This document shows, in pieces, positions 49,689 through 59,711 of a stretch of 61,239 bases of DNA. Positions within the stretch are counted from its first letter, which is position 1. Each line of letters opens with the position of its first letter. The notes beneath the pieces were generated by a model. The model was not told where the DNA came from. It worked only from the letters and a program-made list of their open reading frames with translations, and did no database searches. Made by a program: the position numbers and the translations under genes. The stretch comes from Archaeoglobi archaeon (GTDB lineage: Archaea; Halobacteriota; Archaeoglobi; Archaeoglobales; Archaeoglobaceae): assembly GCA_029259345.1 (NCBI GenBank), contig JAPDIX010000038.1:1-61239 (forward strand). The letters run 5' to 3'.

Positions 49689-50435
49689 TTAAATTCTCTG
49701 TTTCTCCAATACTTCTGACAGCACATTGAAAAGTTCCACAACTCTCCCTATAACGATTACAGCGGGTGCCTCTATCTTCTCCTTTCTCACCCTCTCGGAA
49801 ATCTCAGCGAGTTTTGCAACTATGACTTTTTGCCTCTCAGAGAAGCCTTTTTCAATCATCGCTACTGGCGTTTCGGGACTCTTTCCGTGTTCGATAAGTA
49901 GCCTTGATATCTCCTCAATCCTACCAACCCCCATTAAAACCACGATAGTAGCGTTGAGCTGGGCCAAAGCCTCCCAGTTTAACCTCTCTCTACTCTCCCT
50001 ACCAGTTATAAAAACAACGGCTGGATCGTAGCGACGATGAGTGAGTGGGATGCCAACATTTGCAGGCACAGAAATCGCGGAAGTCACACCAGAAACGAAT
50101 TCAAACGGAATTCTGTGTTTGGCAAGATACTCCGCCTCCTCACCACCCCTACCAAAAATGCATGGATCTCCACCCTTAAGTCTTACAACAACCTTGCCTT
50201 TTCTCGCATATTCAACAAGCATCTTGTTTATCTCTTCCTGACTCTTTCTGTGCTTTCCACTCCTTTTCCCGACGTTTATAACCTCTGCCTTACTCTCCTT
50301 CAGCAAATCTGCAACCTCGCCAATGAGTTCATCGTGGAGGATTATATCCGCCTCTTTTATCAGCTCATAGGCTCTGAGAGTGAGCAAATCCCTTTTCCCC
50401 GGTCCCGCTCCGACGATGTAAACTTTACCTACCAT
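49689..50435 (-). CDS. cobA: Uroporphyrinogen-III C-methyltransferase
   Basis: VYIVGAGPG, RLKGGDP-x-IFGRGGEE, GVTSA. Confidence 0.94.
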   Translation of the reverse strand: MVGKVYIVGAGPGKRDLLTLRAYELIKEADIILHDELIGEVADLLKESKAEVINVGKRSGKHRKSQEEINKMLVEYARKGKVVVRLKGGDPCIFGRGGEEAEYLAKHRIPFEFVSGVTSAISVPANVGIPLTHRRYDPAVVFITGRESRERLNWEALAQLNATIVVLMGVGRIEEISRLLIEHGKSPETPVAMIEKGFSERQKVIVAKLAEISERVRKEKIEAPAVIVIGRVVELFNVLSEVLEKQRI

Positions 50436-51294
50436 ATATCTCTTTCCTCAACATTCTTCCTATTTCCGTAGCTTCTTCAACCGCCCCTTTTTTCGAAAGC
50501 TCCTCCTCTACCCTGACGTATTTCTCGTCAAGAATTTCGCATATCAGCTTCAACTTGCTTTCCGCTTCAGCGTAAACACCGACGGGAACGGCGCATCCAA
50601 CGCCAAGCTCCCTTATCACAGCTCTCTCAACTCTCGCCTCAAGCCAAGTCTTTCCATCATTCAGAAACGAAACAAGGTATTCTTCACCTTTCCGGGTTGC
50701 TACAGCTATAATTCCCTGATTTGCGGGTGGAACTACTGTGTATGGGTCAAATCTCTGATAATTAACTTCTCTATCCAAACCTAACCTCTGCAAGCCGGCC
50801 TCAGCAACCACAATCGCATCGTAATTCCCCTCATTAAGCTTTCTCAACCTTGTGTCCAGATTTCCCCTTAGATTTTCAAATTCCAAATCCCCACGCAACC
50901 TTTTGAGCTGTGTCCTCCTTCTTAGACTGGAAGTTCCAATCACAGCCCCTTTTGGGAGTTCATCTATACTTTCTCCTTTTTTTGAGATAAGGGCATCACA
51001 AGGGCTATCTCTCTCAAGAACAGCAGCTATAACCGTCCCTTCCACCCTCTGGCTCGGAACATCCTTGTAACTGTGAACAGCAACATCAATCTCCCCCTCA
51101 GCAAGCTTGGTATCCAAGGTTCTCACAAAGGCCCCCATTCCTTTGAATTCGTAGAGCGGTTTATCCTTCATCACATCGCCTGTGGTTTTTATGATCTTTA
51201 CCTCAACCTCATAGCGATCTTTCAACCCTTCAACAGCTTTTCGAGTTTGAGCCAACGCCAGCTTACTACCTCTCGTTCCCACAACGAGTTTCAT
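50425..51294 (-). CDS. hemC: Hydroxymethylbilane synthase
   Basis: [39 protein letters not shown]. Confidence 0.96.
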   Translation of the reverse strand: MKLVVGTRGSKLALAQTRKAVEGLKDRYEVEVKIIKTTGDVMKDKPLYEFKGMGAFVRTLDTKLAEGEIDVAVHSYKDVPSQRVEGTVIAAVLERDSPCDALISKKGESIDELPKGAVIGTSSLRRRTQLKRLRGDLEFENLRGNLDTRLRKLNEGNYDAIVVAEAGLQRLGLDREVNYQRFDPYTVVPPANQGIIAVATRKGEEYLVSFLNDGKTWLEARVERAVIRELGVGCAVPVGVYAEAESKLKLICEILDEKYVRVEEELSKKGAVEEATEIGRMLRKEIYGR

Positions 51295-52550
51295 ACCGAA
51301 TTACTCACCGCCTCTAGGGTTTTTTCAATATCCTCCTCGCTGTGTGCGTAGCTCATAAAACAGGTTTCGTACTGGGATGGGGGTAGGAAAATACCATTTT
51401 CCAGCATATTCCAGAAGAAGTTCATGTATTCCTCTTTGTTTAGCTGCAAAGCCTCAGCATAGTTTGACGGCTTTCTTCCAAAGTATATGCAGAACATCGA
51501 AGCCATACTCCCCACGTCGCAATCAGCATTCTTGTCCTCGATAATATCCCTGACTCCTGCAACAAGAGATTCGGTAAGTTCATTTACCCTTTCAAGAACC
51601 TTTTCTTCTTCAATAAGCCTAACAGTAGTATAACCGGCTGTCAGAGACAGCGGATTGCCGCTGAAGGTTCCAGCTTGATAAACACCTCCCGATGGGGCAA
51701 CCATCTCCATTATCTCTTTTTTACCACCAAAAATTCCGATCGGTAAACCTCCACCTGCGATTTTACCAAGTGTTGTTAAATCAGGCTTCACACCGTAGTA
51801 ACCCTGTGCCCCACCCAAGGAGACTCTGAATCCCGTAATAACCTCGTCGAAAATTAGGAGCACATCGTTTTCTGCTGTAATCTTCCTTACTTCTTTCAGG
51901 TAGTCTCTTTCCGGAAGTATCAGTGCGGAGTTGCCCATAACAGGCTCAAGGATGAAGGCAGCAACATCTTTGTTCTTCTCAAGAACCTCGACAAGAGATT
52001 CAGTGTCATTAAATGGAACTTGCAGCGTGTTCTTAACAAATTCCTGAGGTACTCCTGCTGAATTCGGGATTCCGTGGGTTGTAGCCCCGCTTCCCGCCTT
52101 GACAAGCACAGCCTCGTGCGCCCCATGAAAGCTACCCTCGACCTTTACAATTTTGTTCTTTCCTGTAAAGCCTCTTGCAACTCTAAGAGATGCCATTGTT
52201 GCTTCACTTCCTGTATTCACAAACCTCAACATCTCCATTGACGGAAAATGCCTTCTTATCAGCTTGGCATACTTTATTTCCAGCTCAATTGGGGTGCCGT
52301 AAATCCAACCCCTCTCAAGCTGCTCCTTTATCTCTCTCTTTACAGCCTCATTAGTGTGACCAAGAATTAAAGGCCCGTAGGCCATGCAGTAATCTACGTA
52401 AACATTACCGTCAGTATCGTAAATTTTTGACCCCTCGGCCTTCACTGTGTAAAAAGGATGTGGCTCGAAGGCTCTCACCGGACTGCTAACACCGCCAGGA
52501 AAGAGCTTTACAGCCTCTTCGTAAAGCCTCTTTGAATTTTTGAGTTCCAT
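51291..52550 (-). CDS. hemL: Glutamate-1-semialdehyde 2,1-aminomutase
   Basis: [38 protein letters not shown]. Confidence 0.96.
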   Translation of the reverse strand: MELKNSKRLYEEAVKLFPGGVSSPVRAFEPHPFYTVKAEGSKIYDTDGNVYVDYCMAYGPLILGHTNEAVKREIKEQLERGWIYGTPIELEIKYAKLIRRHFPSMEMLRFVNTGSEATMASLRVARGFTGKNKIVKVEGSFHGAHEAVLVKAGSGATTHGIPNSAGVPQEFVKNTLQVPFNDTESLVEVLEKNKDVAAFILEPVMGNSALILPERDYLKEVRKITAENDVLLIFDEVITGFRVSLGGAQGYYGVKPDLTTLGKIAGGGLPIGIFGGKKEIMEMVAPSGGVYQAGTFSGNPLSLTAGYTTVRLIEEEKVLERVNELTESLVAGVRDIIEDKNADCDVGSMASMFCIYFGRKPSNYAEALQLNKEEYMNFFWNMLENGIFLPPSQYETCFMSYAHSEEDIEKTLEAVSNSV

Positions 52551-52674
52551 AGGGGTGTATTCGCATATCGCCTTAAATCTATTTTCGTGCCCTGACATTT
52601 TTACATTCGCATTTAAAAAGCATAAACCCAAAATAAAGGAAAAAACTTATATAACGCGAACAGACTTAATAGGT

Positions 52675-53967
52675 ATGAAGAAAGTATTGCTCGATGAGAA
52701 TGAGATTCCAAAAGAATGGTACAACATTCTACCCGACCTTCCCGAGCCTTTGCCTCCACCATTGCATCCAGTCACTAAGGAGCCCGTTAAGCCAGAGGAC
52801 TTGGAGCCAATTTTTCCGATGGGCTTGATCAAGCAGGAGATGAGTGGAGAAAGGTGGATAAAGATTCCTGAGGAGGTAAGGGAGATTTACAAAATCTGGA
52901 GACCTACACCGCTCGTGAGGGCTGAAAGGCTGGAAAAGGCGTTAAAGACTCCTGCAAGAATCTACTTTAAATATGAGGGTGGCAGCCCACCGGGAAGTCA
53001 CAAGCCGAACACAGCGGTAGCTCAGGCTTACTACAACGCAAAGGAGGGGGTTGAAAGATTGACCACTGAAACAGGTGCAGGGCAGTGGGGTTCTGCGCTT
53101 TGCTTTGCAACAAAGCTGTTTGATATTGCCTGCACAGTATACATGGTTAAAGTTAGCTACATGCAGAAGCCCTACAGGAGAGTTACGATGGAAACATGGG
53201 GTGGAGAGGTTTACCCCTCACCGAGCAACAGGACAGAAGTTGGGAAAAAGATTCTGGCAGAGGATCCAGACACACCGGGTAGCTTAGGTATTGCAATCAG
53301 CGAAGCAATAGAGGACGCTGCAAAGAACGAAAATACGAAATACAGTCTCGGAAGTGTTCTTAACCATGTTTTGCTCCATCAGACCACCATCGGACTGGAG
53401 ACGAAAAAGCAGCTTGAAGCCGTTGGCGAGACTCCTGATGTGATTATAGGTTGTGTTGGTGGAGGAAGTAATTTTGCAGGTCTCGCTTATCCTTTTGTGA
53501 ATGACGCAAAGAACGGAAAACCTGAGATCATCGCAGTCGAACCTGCAGCCTGTCCCACACTGACAAATGGTGATTACAGATACGACTTCGGAGATGTCGC
53601 TGGCTTGACACCTCTACTTAAAATGTATACTCTCGGCCACGATTTCATTCCGCCACCAATCCACGCTGGTGGGTTGAGGTATCACGGCGATGCTCCGACG
53701 TTATGCATGCTGGTAAAGCATGGTATAATCAAGGCAAGAGCGGTCAAACAGCTACCAACTTTCGAGGCTGGTGTGCTTTTTGCAAGAACGGAGGGTATAA
53801 TCCCCGCTCCAGAAACGAACCATGCTATCAGAGTGGTTATAGATGAGGCTGTAAAGGCAAGGGAGAACAACGAGGAGAGGGTGATAGTCCTCGGATTCAG
53901 CGGACATGGAATGCTCGATCTTCAGGCATACGACGATTACCTCGCAGGGAAGCTTATTGATACCTGA
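52675..53967 (+). CDS. trpB2: Tryptophan synthase beta chain 2 (TrpB2)
   Basis: [36 protein letters not shown]. Confidence 0.95.
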   Translation: MKKVLLDENEIPKEWYNILPDLPEPLPPPLHPVTKEPVKPEDLEPIFPMGLIKQEMSGERWIKIPEEVREIYKIWRPTPLVRAERLEKALKTPARIYFKYEGGSPPGSHKPNTAVAQAYYNAKEGVERLTTETGAGQWGSALCFATKLFDIACTVYMVKVSYMQKPYRRVTMETWGGEVYPSPSNRTEVGKKILAEDPDTPGSLGIAISEAIEDAAKNENTKYSLGSVLNHVLLHQTTIGLETKKQLEAVGETPDVIIGCVGGGSNFAGLAYPFVNDAKNGKPEIIAVEPAACPTLTNGDYRYDFGDVAGLTPLLKMYTLGHDFIPPPIHAGGLRYHGDAPTLCMLVKHGIIKARAVKQLPTFEAGVLFARTEGIIPAPETNHAIRVVIDEAVKARENNEERVIVLGFSGHGMLDLQAYDDYLAGKLIDT

Positions 53968-54017
53968 GCAGAACTTAAGATTTATTTTTTGTCGTACAGT
54001 CCCCACTTATGCTACAG

Positions 54018-54065
54018 CAGGCTAACGACAAGGAATGGATTCAGGCTAACGACAAGGAATGGATT
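54018..54065. repeat. Perfect 24-bp tandem duplication, intergenic
   Basis: CAGGCTAACGACAAGGAATGGATT at 54018-54041 and 54042-54065. Confidence 0.95.
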
Positions 54066-54125
54066 AGATTAATAACATAACTATACAGAAATTTTTATAT
54101 ATTGCTTTTCTCCAAAATTTTCACT

Positions 54126-55049
54126 ATGAATCACGATTGGAATCCTGAAAATGTGCCAGATATGAGCGGTAAGGTTGTGGTGGTTATAGGGGGTAACAGC
54201 GGTATCGGTTTTGAGTGTGTCAGGTTTTTTGCCTCCAAGAATGCACGTGTCGTCATGGCATCGAGAAGTATGGAAAGAATGGAAGAGGCCACTAAGAAAA
54301 TAAAGGCTGAGAACCCAAATGCTGATGTTGAGCCGATGCAGCTTGATCTTGCAAGTCTGAAATCTGTTAGAAGGTTTTCAGAAGAGTTTAAGGACAGATA
54401 CGACAGTTTGGACATCCTTCTCAACAACGCCGGGATTATGATGGTTCCCTACGGGAAAACTGAGGATGGCTTCGAGCTTCAGTTTGGCATAAACCATCTC
54501 GGCCATTTTGCCCTCACTGGCCTTCTGATTGACCTAATTCTGTCAACCCATCAATCGAGAGTTGTTACGGTTTCCAGCCTTGGTCACAGACGCGGGAAAA
54601 TTGACTTCGACAATTTGATGTACGAGAGGGGTGGTTATGGCTCCTTCAGAGCCTACGCGAGATCGAAACTTGCAAACCTACTCTTTGCCTATGAGCTTCA
54701 GAGAAGATTTGAGAGGATTGGAGCGGACAGTAAATCTCTCGCAGCACATCCGGGAGGGTCAAGAACGAATCTTGACAGGTATCTCCGTGGGAGATTGTGG
54801 TACAAGCTCGTCAGACCATTCGCAAGGTTCGTATTCATTCAAAGCCCTGAAATGGGCGCTTTACCGTTGATAAGGGCAGCAACTGATCCGAATGTTAAGG
54901 GCGGAGAATACTTCGGACCGGGGGGATTTATGGAACAGAGAGGATGGCCTGTCAGGGTTGACTCCAGCAGACTTTCGAAGGATGAAAAGCTGGCAAAGAG
55001 ACTCTGGGAGGTTTCGGAGGAGTTGACGGGGGTAAGGTATTTAGATTAA
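54126..55049 (+). CDS. SDR oxidoreductase, retinol dehydrogenase/WWOX-like
   Basis: GGNSGIG, NNAG, NHLGHF, YARSK, HPG. Confidence 0.92.
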   Translation: MNHDWNPENVPDMSGKVVVVIGGNSGIGFECVRFFASKNARVVMASRSMERMEEATKKIKAENPNADVEPMQLDLASLKSVRRFSEEFKDRYDSLDILLNNAGIMMVPYGKTEDGFELQFGINHLGHFALTGLLIDLILSTHQSRVVTVSSLGHRRGKIDFDNLMYERGGYGSFRAYARSKLANLLFAYELQRRFERIGADSKSLAAHPGGSRTNLDRYLRGRLWYKLVRPFARFVFIQSPEMGALPLIRAATDPNVKGGEYFGPGGFMEQRGWPVRVDSSRLSKDEKLAKRLWEVSEELTGVRYLD

Positions 55050-55093
55050 CTTCAATCGAATCTTTATATACTGGGAGATAATAAGAAAAAGAA

Positions 55094-56032
55094 GTGGACG
55101 CTGAGCAGAAAATAAAAGCTCTACTGGAATCGGCTCGTGATGAAGGGATTTTGCAGAGCGAAATTCATGAAAAGCTTGGACTATCAAAATCAACAGTATC
55201 TGAAATCCTTTCGTATCTCGAAGAAAGTAAAGAGGTATTCAGGAAGAGAATTTCTGGAAAATCTTACAGAGTGTGGTTGTCAAAATACTCTCCACAACCA
55301 TTAAAGGGTGTCGTGAGAGTCGGGATACTTAAGGCGAGCGAATATCCAAAAGTTGTTCAAGCAGCTGGTAAGGTTAATGCCATCATTCGGGTATATGAGA
55401 GCGGTATTGAACTTACTAAAGACCTCGTCCACGGCCATGTTGATATTGCCGCCTCCCCACTCATCACTCAGGCAATCTTCGGAGTTTTGATGAAGAGTAT
55501 TAAAATAGTAAGGAAGGTTGCGATGAATGGCAGTGGACTTGTTTTTTCGAATATTGACTCAGAGTGGTGGGGCTGTTCTGAATTCTCGACGATGGAGAGA
55601 AATCTCAGGAAATATCTTGAACTGAAGAGTTTTGAGGGAAAAATAAGATACTTCAGGTCTCCAGAGAGCATGATAAACTCGCTGCGTGAGGTTAAAGCAA
55701 TCGCCATCTGGGAGCCTTATTTTACAATGTTGGAAGGCAAGAAAGAGCCTTTCAGCGAGGCTATTGGTGATTTTGTTTGCTGTTCTCTCGCATTAAACAA
55801 CACCTTTGCTGAACTCAACCCTGACATTGTGGATAGATTTCTCACCGAGTTTGACAGGGCAAAGGCCGGTAGGAAGGAAGCTGCTAAACTCTCTAAACTG
55901 ATCGGTTTTCCAGCTGAAATTGTCGAAAAGTCCTTTGAAAACTATATATTCGATCTTGAACAGGTTTTCACAGAAAAAGATTTTGAAGACCTAAGATTAG
56001 GAGGTGTGGAAACCATCATAAATTTTGAGTAA
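55094..56032 (+). CDS. Winged-helix regulator fused to a periplasmic-binding-protein-like domain
   Basis: GILQSEI...LSKSTVSEIL HTH; VRVGI, AIWEPY, CCSLA (SsuA/NMT1-like). Confidence 0.7.
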   Translation: MDAEQKIKALLESARDEGILQSEIHEKLGLSKSTVSEILSYLEESKEVFRKRISGKSYRVWLSKYSPQPLKGVVRVGILKASEYPKVVQAAGKVNAIIRVYESGIELTKDLVHGHVDIAASPLITQAIFGVLMKSIKIVRKVAMNGSGLVFSNIDSEWWGCSEFSTMERNLRKYLELKSFEGKIRYFRSPESMINSLREVKAIAIWEPYFTMLEGKKEPFSEAIGDFVCCSLALNNTFAELNPDIVDRFLTEFDRAKAGRKEAAKLSKLIGFPAEIVEKSFENYIFDLEQVFTEKDFEDLRLGGVETIINFE

Positions 56033-56519
56033 GATCACTCAGCTTCAGAATGCTGAGAACCTCAACATCTGATTCCTCTCTGTCAACGACTGTCACTATC
56101 GCTTTAACAACACCCCCACTCTCCTCAACCCTTCTTGCAACAGACAGAGCAGATTTACCTGTGGTGACGACATCCTCAATAATCAAAACCCTTTCCCCCT
56201 CCTTCAAGTCACCTATTCTGTCCCCACCGAGTCCGTAATCCTTCCTCTCTTTTCTGAAGATAATAAGGGGTTTTCCAAGCTTCAGTGATGCTGCAACCGC
56301 AACCGGCACACCACCAAGCTCGACGCAAGCAATTCTGTCAAAATCCATCCCTCTAACAGTCTCTGCAATTTGAGATGCGATCATTTCGAGGATGTCGGGA
56401 TACGTTGAGGCGAGCTTTACGTCAACGTAAACATTGCTTCTCTTTCCTGACGAAAGGATGAAATCTCCAAACTTCAGGGCTCCAACCTCTATCATCCTCT
56501 CCACAAGCCTCTCCTTCAT
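56016..56519 (-). CDS. pyrE: Orotate phosphoribosyltransferase
   Basis: GDFILSSG-x2-S-x2-YVD, RKERKDYG, IEDVVTTG. Confidence 0.95.
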   Translation of the reverse strand: MKERLVERMIEVGALKFGDFILSSGKRSNVYVDVKLASTYPDILEMIASQIAETVRGMDFDRIACVELGGVPVAVAASLKLGKPLIIFRKERKDYGLGGDRIGDLKEGERVLIIEDVVTTGKSALSVARRVEESGGVVKAIVTVVDREESDVEVLSILKLSDLTQNL

Positions 56520-56523
56520 GCTA

Positions 56524-57063
56524 TCACCACGGAACCTCTTTGAATCTCAGCCTGTATGCAATATAATTTATCCCAAGATGCAAAATCGGAGTGATAATGA
56601 CTGCAATAAAAATTATTTCTGCTGAGAAGAGCTCCCAGAATGGGTTGTAAAAGCTCGCAATTGCTAAGGCGACGAGGAGGAAAGTTAGCTGATCAACTAC
56701 AAGAAACTTCGCTCCCCTCTCATATCCCGCCCTCCTCTTTATAAAGCTACCAACACAGTCTCCAAACATTGCTCCGAAGGATAGAAGGAATGTGAGGGTG
56801 AAGAATTCAAAATATGGCAGAGAAGAGAACAGTTCAACATTTATGAGCTTTTCAATCCCATACTGGATATTTGCTGTTAGTATCCCTCCTGTAACGCCAC
56901 CAGCAAATCCCCTCCACGTCTTTCCATCACCGAAAATTCTTTTACCGTCAATAAATTTTTTGCCGAAATCAATAGGCATCCCTCCCCCAGTAACAACTGC
57001 AAAATTGTTCGGTGTGTAGGCTGGAAGGAGGAGCCAGATCGTTTTGAAAAGCAAATCGAGCAT
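56524..57063 (-). CDS. carS: CDP-archaeol synthase
   Basis: PAY-x2-N, PIDFG...DGKRIFGDGKTWRG, GD-x2-GSFIKRR, DQL, KEVPW. Confidence 0.92.
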   Translation of the reverse strand: MLDLLFKTIWLLLPAYTPNNFAVVTGGGMPIDFGKKFIDGKRIFGDGKTWRGFAGGVTGGILTANIQYGIEKLINVELFSSLPYFEFFTLTFLLSFGAMFGDCVGSFIKRRAGYERGAKFLVVDQLTFLLVALAIASFYNPFWELFSAEIIFIAVIITPILHLGINYIAYRLRFKEVPW

Positions 57064-57222
57064 GCCCTTTTTCAGAATCAGATTTTAAATTTTTTTCTAA
57101 GTTCCCCCTGTAAGGGTTATGCTGAAAGATGGGAGGTAATAATGTTGCAGTTCTTAGCTTCTCAGTTCTCCTACTCCCTCACCGTTCCCTTGCAAAAATC
57201 CATGTGTGGATTTCGAAACGGA

Positions 57223-57603
57223 TCACTGCATGGCAGCAACGTTTATTAGTCCATCCTTTTCAAGCTCTTCAAACGACTTTAGCATGGATTCGAAGTTTTT
57301 GAGCCACTCATCAAGGGATTTTCTGGCAATCCTCTTGAACTCTTCAAAGTCAACTGAGTAGTATAGATATTTGTATCCCCCACTCTTCAGAATTCTGTAT
57401 TCTCTCTTAACAAGTCCTTTGTCCATTAAATTTCGAAGCGACTTGTAAACTGTGCTTTCATCTTTTTTGAGTGCTTCTGCAACAAATTCAACGTCGCTTC
57501 CGGGATTTTTAAGCAAAAGTAGATAAATATCCATGTCGAGGCATGAAATGTCAAGAGCACACTTCAATACACATTTGAGATGCGGTTCACACGACTGGTT
57601 CAT
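57223..57603 (-). CDS. TrmB-like winged-helix transcriptional regulator, Cys-rich N-terminus
   Basis: LKC...DIYLLL...VAEALKKDESTVYKSLRNLMDKGLV...GGYKYLY. The start may be a few codons upstream. Confidence 0.8.
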   Translation of the reverse strand: MNQSCEPHLKCVLKCALDISCLDMDIYLLLLKNPGSDVEFVAEALKKDESTVYKSLRNLMDKGLVKREYRILKSGGYKYLYYSVDFEEFKRIARKSLDEWLKNFESMLKSFEELEKDGLINVAAMQ

Positions 57604-57684
57604 TCTATCCACCAATGGTGTTTTTAGATTGCAAGATTTATTAGTTTTCCAACAACATTAAAATATTGGAAACAAACAGAAGTT

Positions 57685-58455
57685 ATGAATGTCTTGCTTA
57701 GCAGAAAGGATACCATTCGCTTCCTGATTCTCTCAGAGTTGATGGTAAATCCAGAATGCAATCAGCGTGATATTGCAAGGAAGTTAAGCCTCACACCTCA
57801 AGCAATTTCTGAACATTTCAAGGAGATGGTAAACGAGGGGTTGATCAACGTTGTTCACAAGGGATATTATGAGGTTACGAGGAAGGGAGAAGAATGGATG
57901 TCGAGAAACCTAATAGACCTCCACCTCTTCAGCGAGGAGCTACTTAAAAAGATTTATTCAAAAACTGTTGTTGCCATAGCGAGAGGCAGGATAAAGGAAG
58001 GGGACATGGTCAGATACTGGTTCGGAGATGGATTCATATTCGCCGAGCGGAGTTCTAAAGGGAATGGCACATCTCTAACATCTGCTGAGGACGGAGAGGA
58101 TGTGCTGATAAAACCAACAGGCAGTTTTGAGCCTCCGGAGAAGGGAGAGGTTATTGTGGTGAAGATTCCGGATGTGACAGAGGGTGGGAGCAGGAGAGTT
58201 GACCTTGACGCATTCAGAGAACTTGTAAAATCCCGCCCGACGAGTATCGTTGTTGCCATCGGTATTGAGGCGCTTGTTTCCTGTAGAAAAATAAGGGTTG
58301 AGCCAATCTTTTTCGGAGCAAAGGAGGTTTGTATAGAGGCTGCACACCATGGTAGTGGAGTAATCGTTGCCTGTACTGAAGGAAGAGTTAACGACCTTTT
58401 AAGGAGTCTGATCGAGGAGGGGTTGGAGTTTGAGATCAAGGAGTTGGCAATCTAA
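57685..58455 (+). CDS. Winged-helix transcriptional regulator with C-terminal putative sensor domain
   Basis: NQRDIARKLSLTPQAISEH HTH, YEVTRKG, P-x4-GGSR. Confidence 0.8.
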   Translation: MNVLLSRKDTIRFLILSELMVNPECNQRDIARKLSLTPQAISEHFKEMVNEGLINVVHKGYYEVTRKGEEWMSRNLIDLHLFSEELLKKIYSKTVVAIARGRIKEGDMVRYWFGDGFIFAERSSKGNGTSLTSAEDGEDVLIKPTGSFEPPEKGEVIVVKIPDVTEGGSRRVDLDAFRELVKSRPTSIVVAIGIEALVSCRKIRVEPIFFGAKEVCIEAAHHGSGVIVACTEGRVNDLLRSLIEEGLEFEIKELAI

Positions 58456-58518
58456 ATTTCTAATTCTTTCTTCTAATGTAGCAAAAATAACTTTAAACAA
58501 TTACAATTAGGAATTAAC

Positions 58519-59679
58519 ATGAGAGTCTTGGTTTTGGGAGGTTGTGGTGCGCAGGGAAGTTTTGCAACTAAGGAGCTTGCAACTTCAGAAGAGTTTTCAG
58601 AAGTGGTTATAGGAGACTACAACATTCGAAAGGCAAGAGAACTTGCATCAAAGTTATCAGAATACGGGGTTGAGGCGAGGAAAGTTGATGTCAGAAACAA
58701 AGATGAGCTTGTGGAGTTAATTAGGAAAAGTGATGTTGTGGTTAATTGCGTGGGCCCTTTCTACATGTTTGGGGAGACTGTCTTGAAGGCCGCAATAGAG
58801 GCGGGCAGGGATTATGTTGATATTTGTGATGATGCTGATGCAACCATAAAGATGCTATCTTTTAACGAGGAAGCAGAGAAAAAAGGGATTGCTGCAGTCG
58901 TAGGGCTTGGAGCAAGTCCGGGAATAACAAACATACTATCAAAAGCAATTGCTGACAGATGCGATGAACTTGATGAGATAAGGCAGTACTGGGTTGTGGA
59001 TAGCAGTACCGACCCAGAAGGTGTTGGAGTGATGTTCCACGCAGCCCATGGGCTGAGCGGAAAAGTTCCCCAGTATATAGACGGTAAACTCGTTAACGTT
59101 GAAGCTGGGAGTGGTGTTGAAACAGTGGAATTCCTGAGTGGTGCTGCAAAAGTTGCTTACTTTGGACATCCTGAACCTGTAACACTTCCAAATTATATAA
59201 AGGTCAAAACGGTGATAAACAAAGGAGGATTTCTTCCGGAGAGAGATTTTAGAATATTTATGCTGATGTCAAAAATGGGGCTATTCAGCACAAGGAGTAT
59301 TTTTGGTATCTCGCCAAGAAAAATCTTCGTTCCGATTCTATCCAGAGTTTCAACCCAGAAAGAGGTCAGGGAGGGGACGAGGACTGCTATGAGAATTGAG
59401 TTTTTATGCATGGAGGGAGGAGAGAAAATTAGATACATAGCCCACCTGCACGGGCATATGGGTCCAGCTACGGGCATGCCCGCGGCTGTAGGGGCTATGA
59501 TGATTGCAAGGAGTGAGGTTGATGCTGTCGGTGTTCTGCCCCCAGAAGCATGTATAGACGTCGAGAAGTTTATTGCAATGGCTTCGAAAAGAGTTCCAGA
59601 AAATACCACACTGATTTTGGAGACAGTTGTGGGCAACAAAGTTGAAAGAAAACCGCTCCTCGAAGCGATTTTAGCCTGA
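58519..59679 (+). CDS. Saccharopine dehydrogenase-like oxidoreductase
   Basis: VLGGCGAQG, VNCVGPF, YVDICDD, GLGASPG, HPEP, GVLPPE. Confidence 0.85.
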   Translation: MRVLVLGGCGAQGSFATKELATSEEFSEVVIGDYNIRKARELASKLSEYGVEARKVDVRNKDELVELIRKSDVVVNCVGPFYMFGETVLKAAIEAGRDYVDICDDADATIKMLSFNEEAEKKGIAAVVGLGASPGITNILSKAIADRCDELDEIRQYWVVDSSTDPEGVGVMFHAAHGLSGKVPQYIDGKLVNVEAGSGVETVEFLSGAAKVAYFGHPEPVTLPNYIKVKTVINKGGFLPERDFRIFMLMSKMGLFSTRSIFGISPRKIFVPILSRVSTQKEVREGTRTAMRIEFLCMEGGEKIRYIAHLHGHMGPATGMPAAVGAMMIARSEVDAVGVLPPEACIDVEKFIAMASKRVPENTTLILETVVGNKVERKPLLEAILA

Positions 59680-59711
59680 GGTTTATTCACTATCCAATTT
59701 ATGGTGTCAAA

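Noticed and set aside
54018-54065. 24-bp and 25-bp (30687-30736) repeats as mini-CRISPR arrays
   Set aside because: The copies are directly adjacent with no spacers, and there is no leader or cas gene.
54003-54070. Possible remnant of a Xer-type recombinase (TYAT...GMD)
   Set aside because: Too short and interrupted by stops to distinguish from chance.
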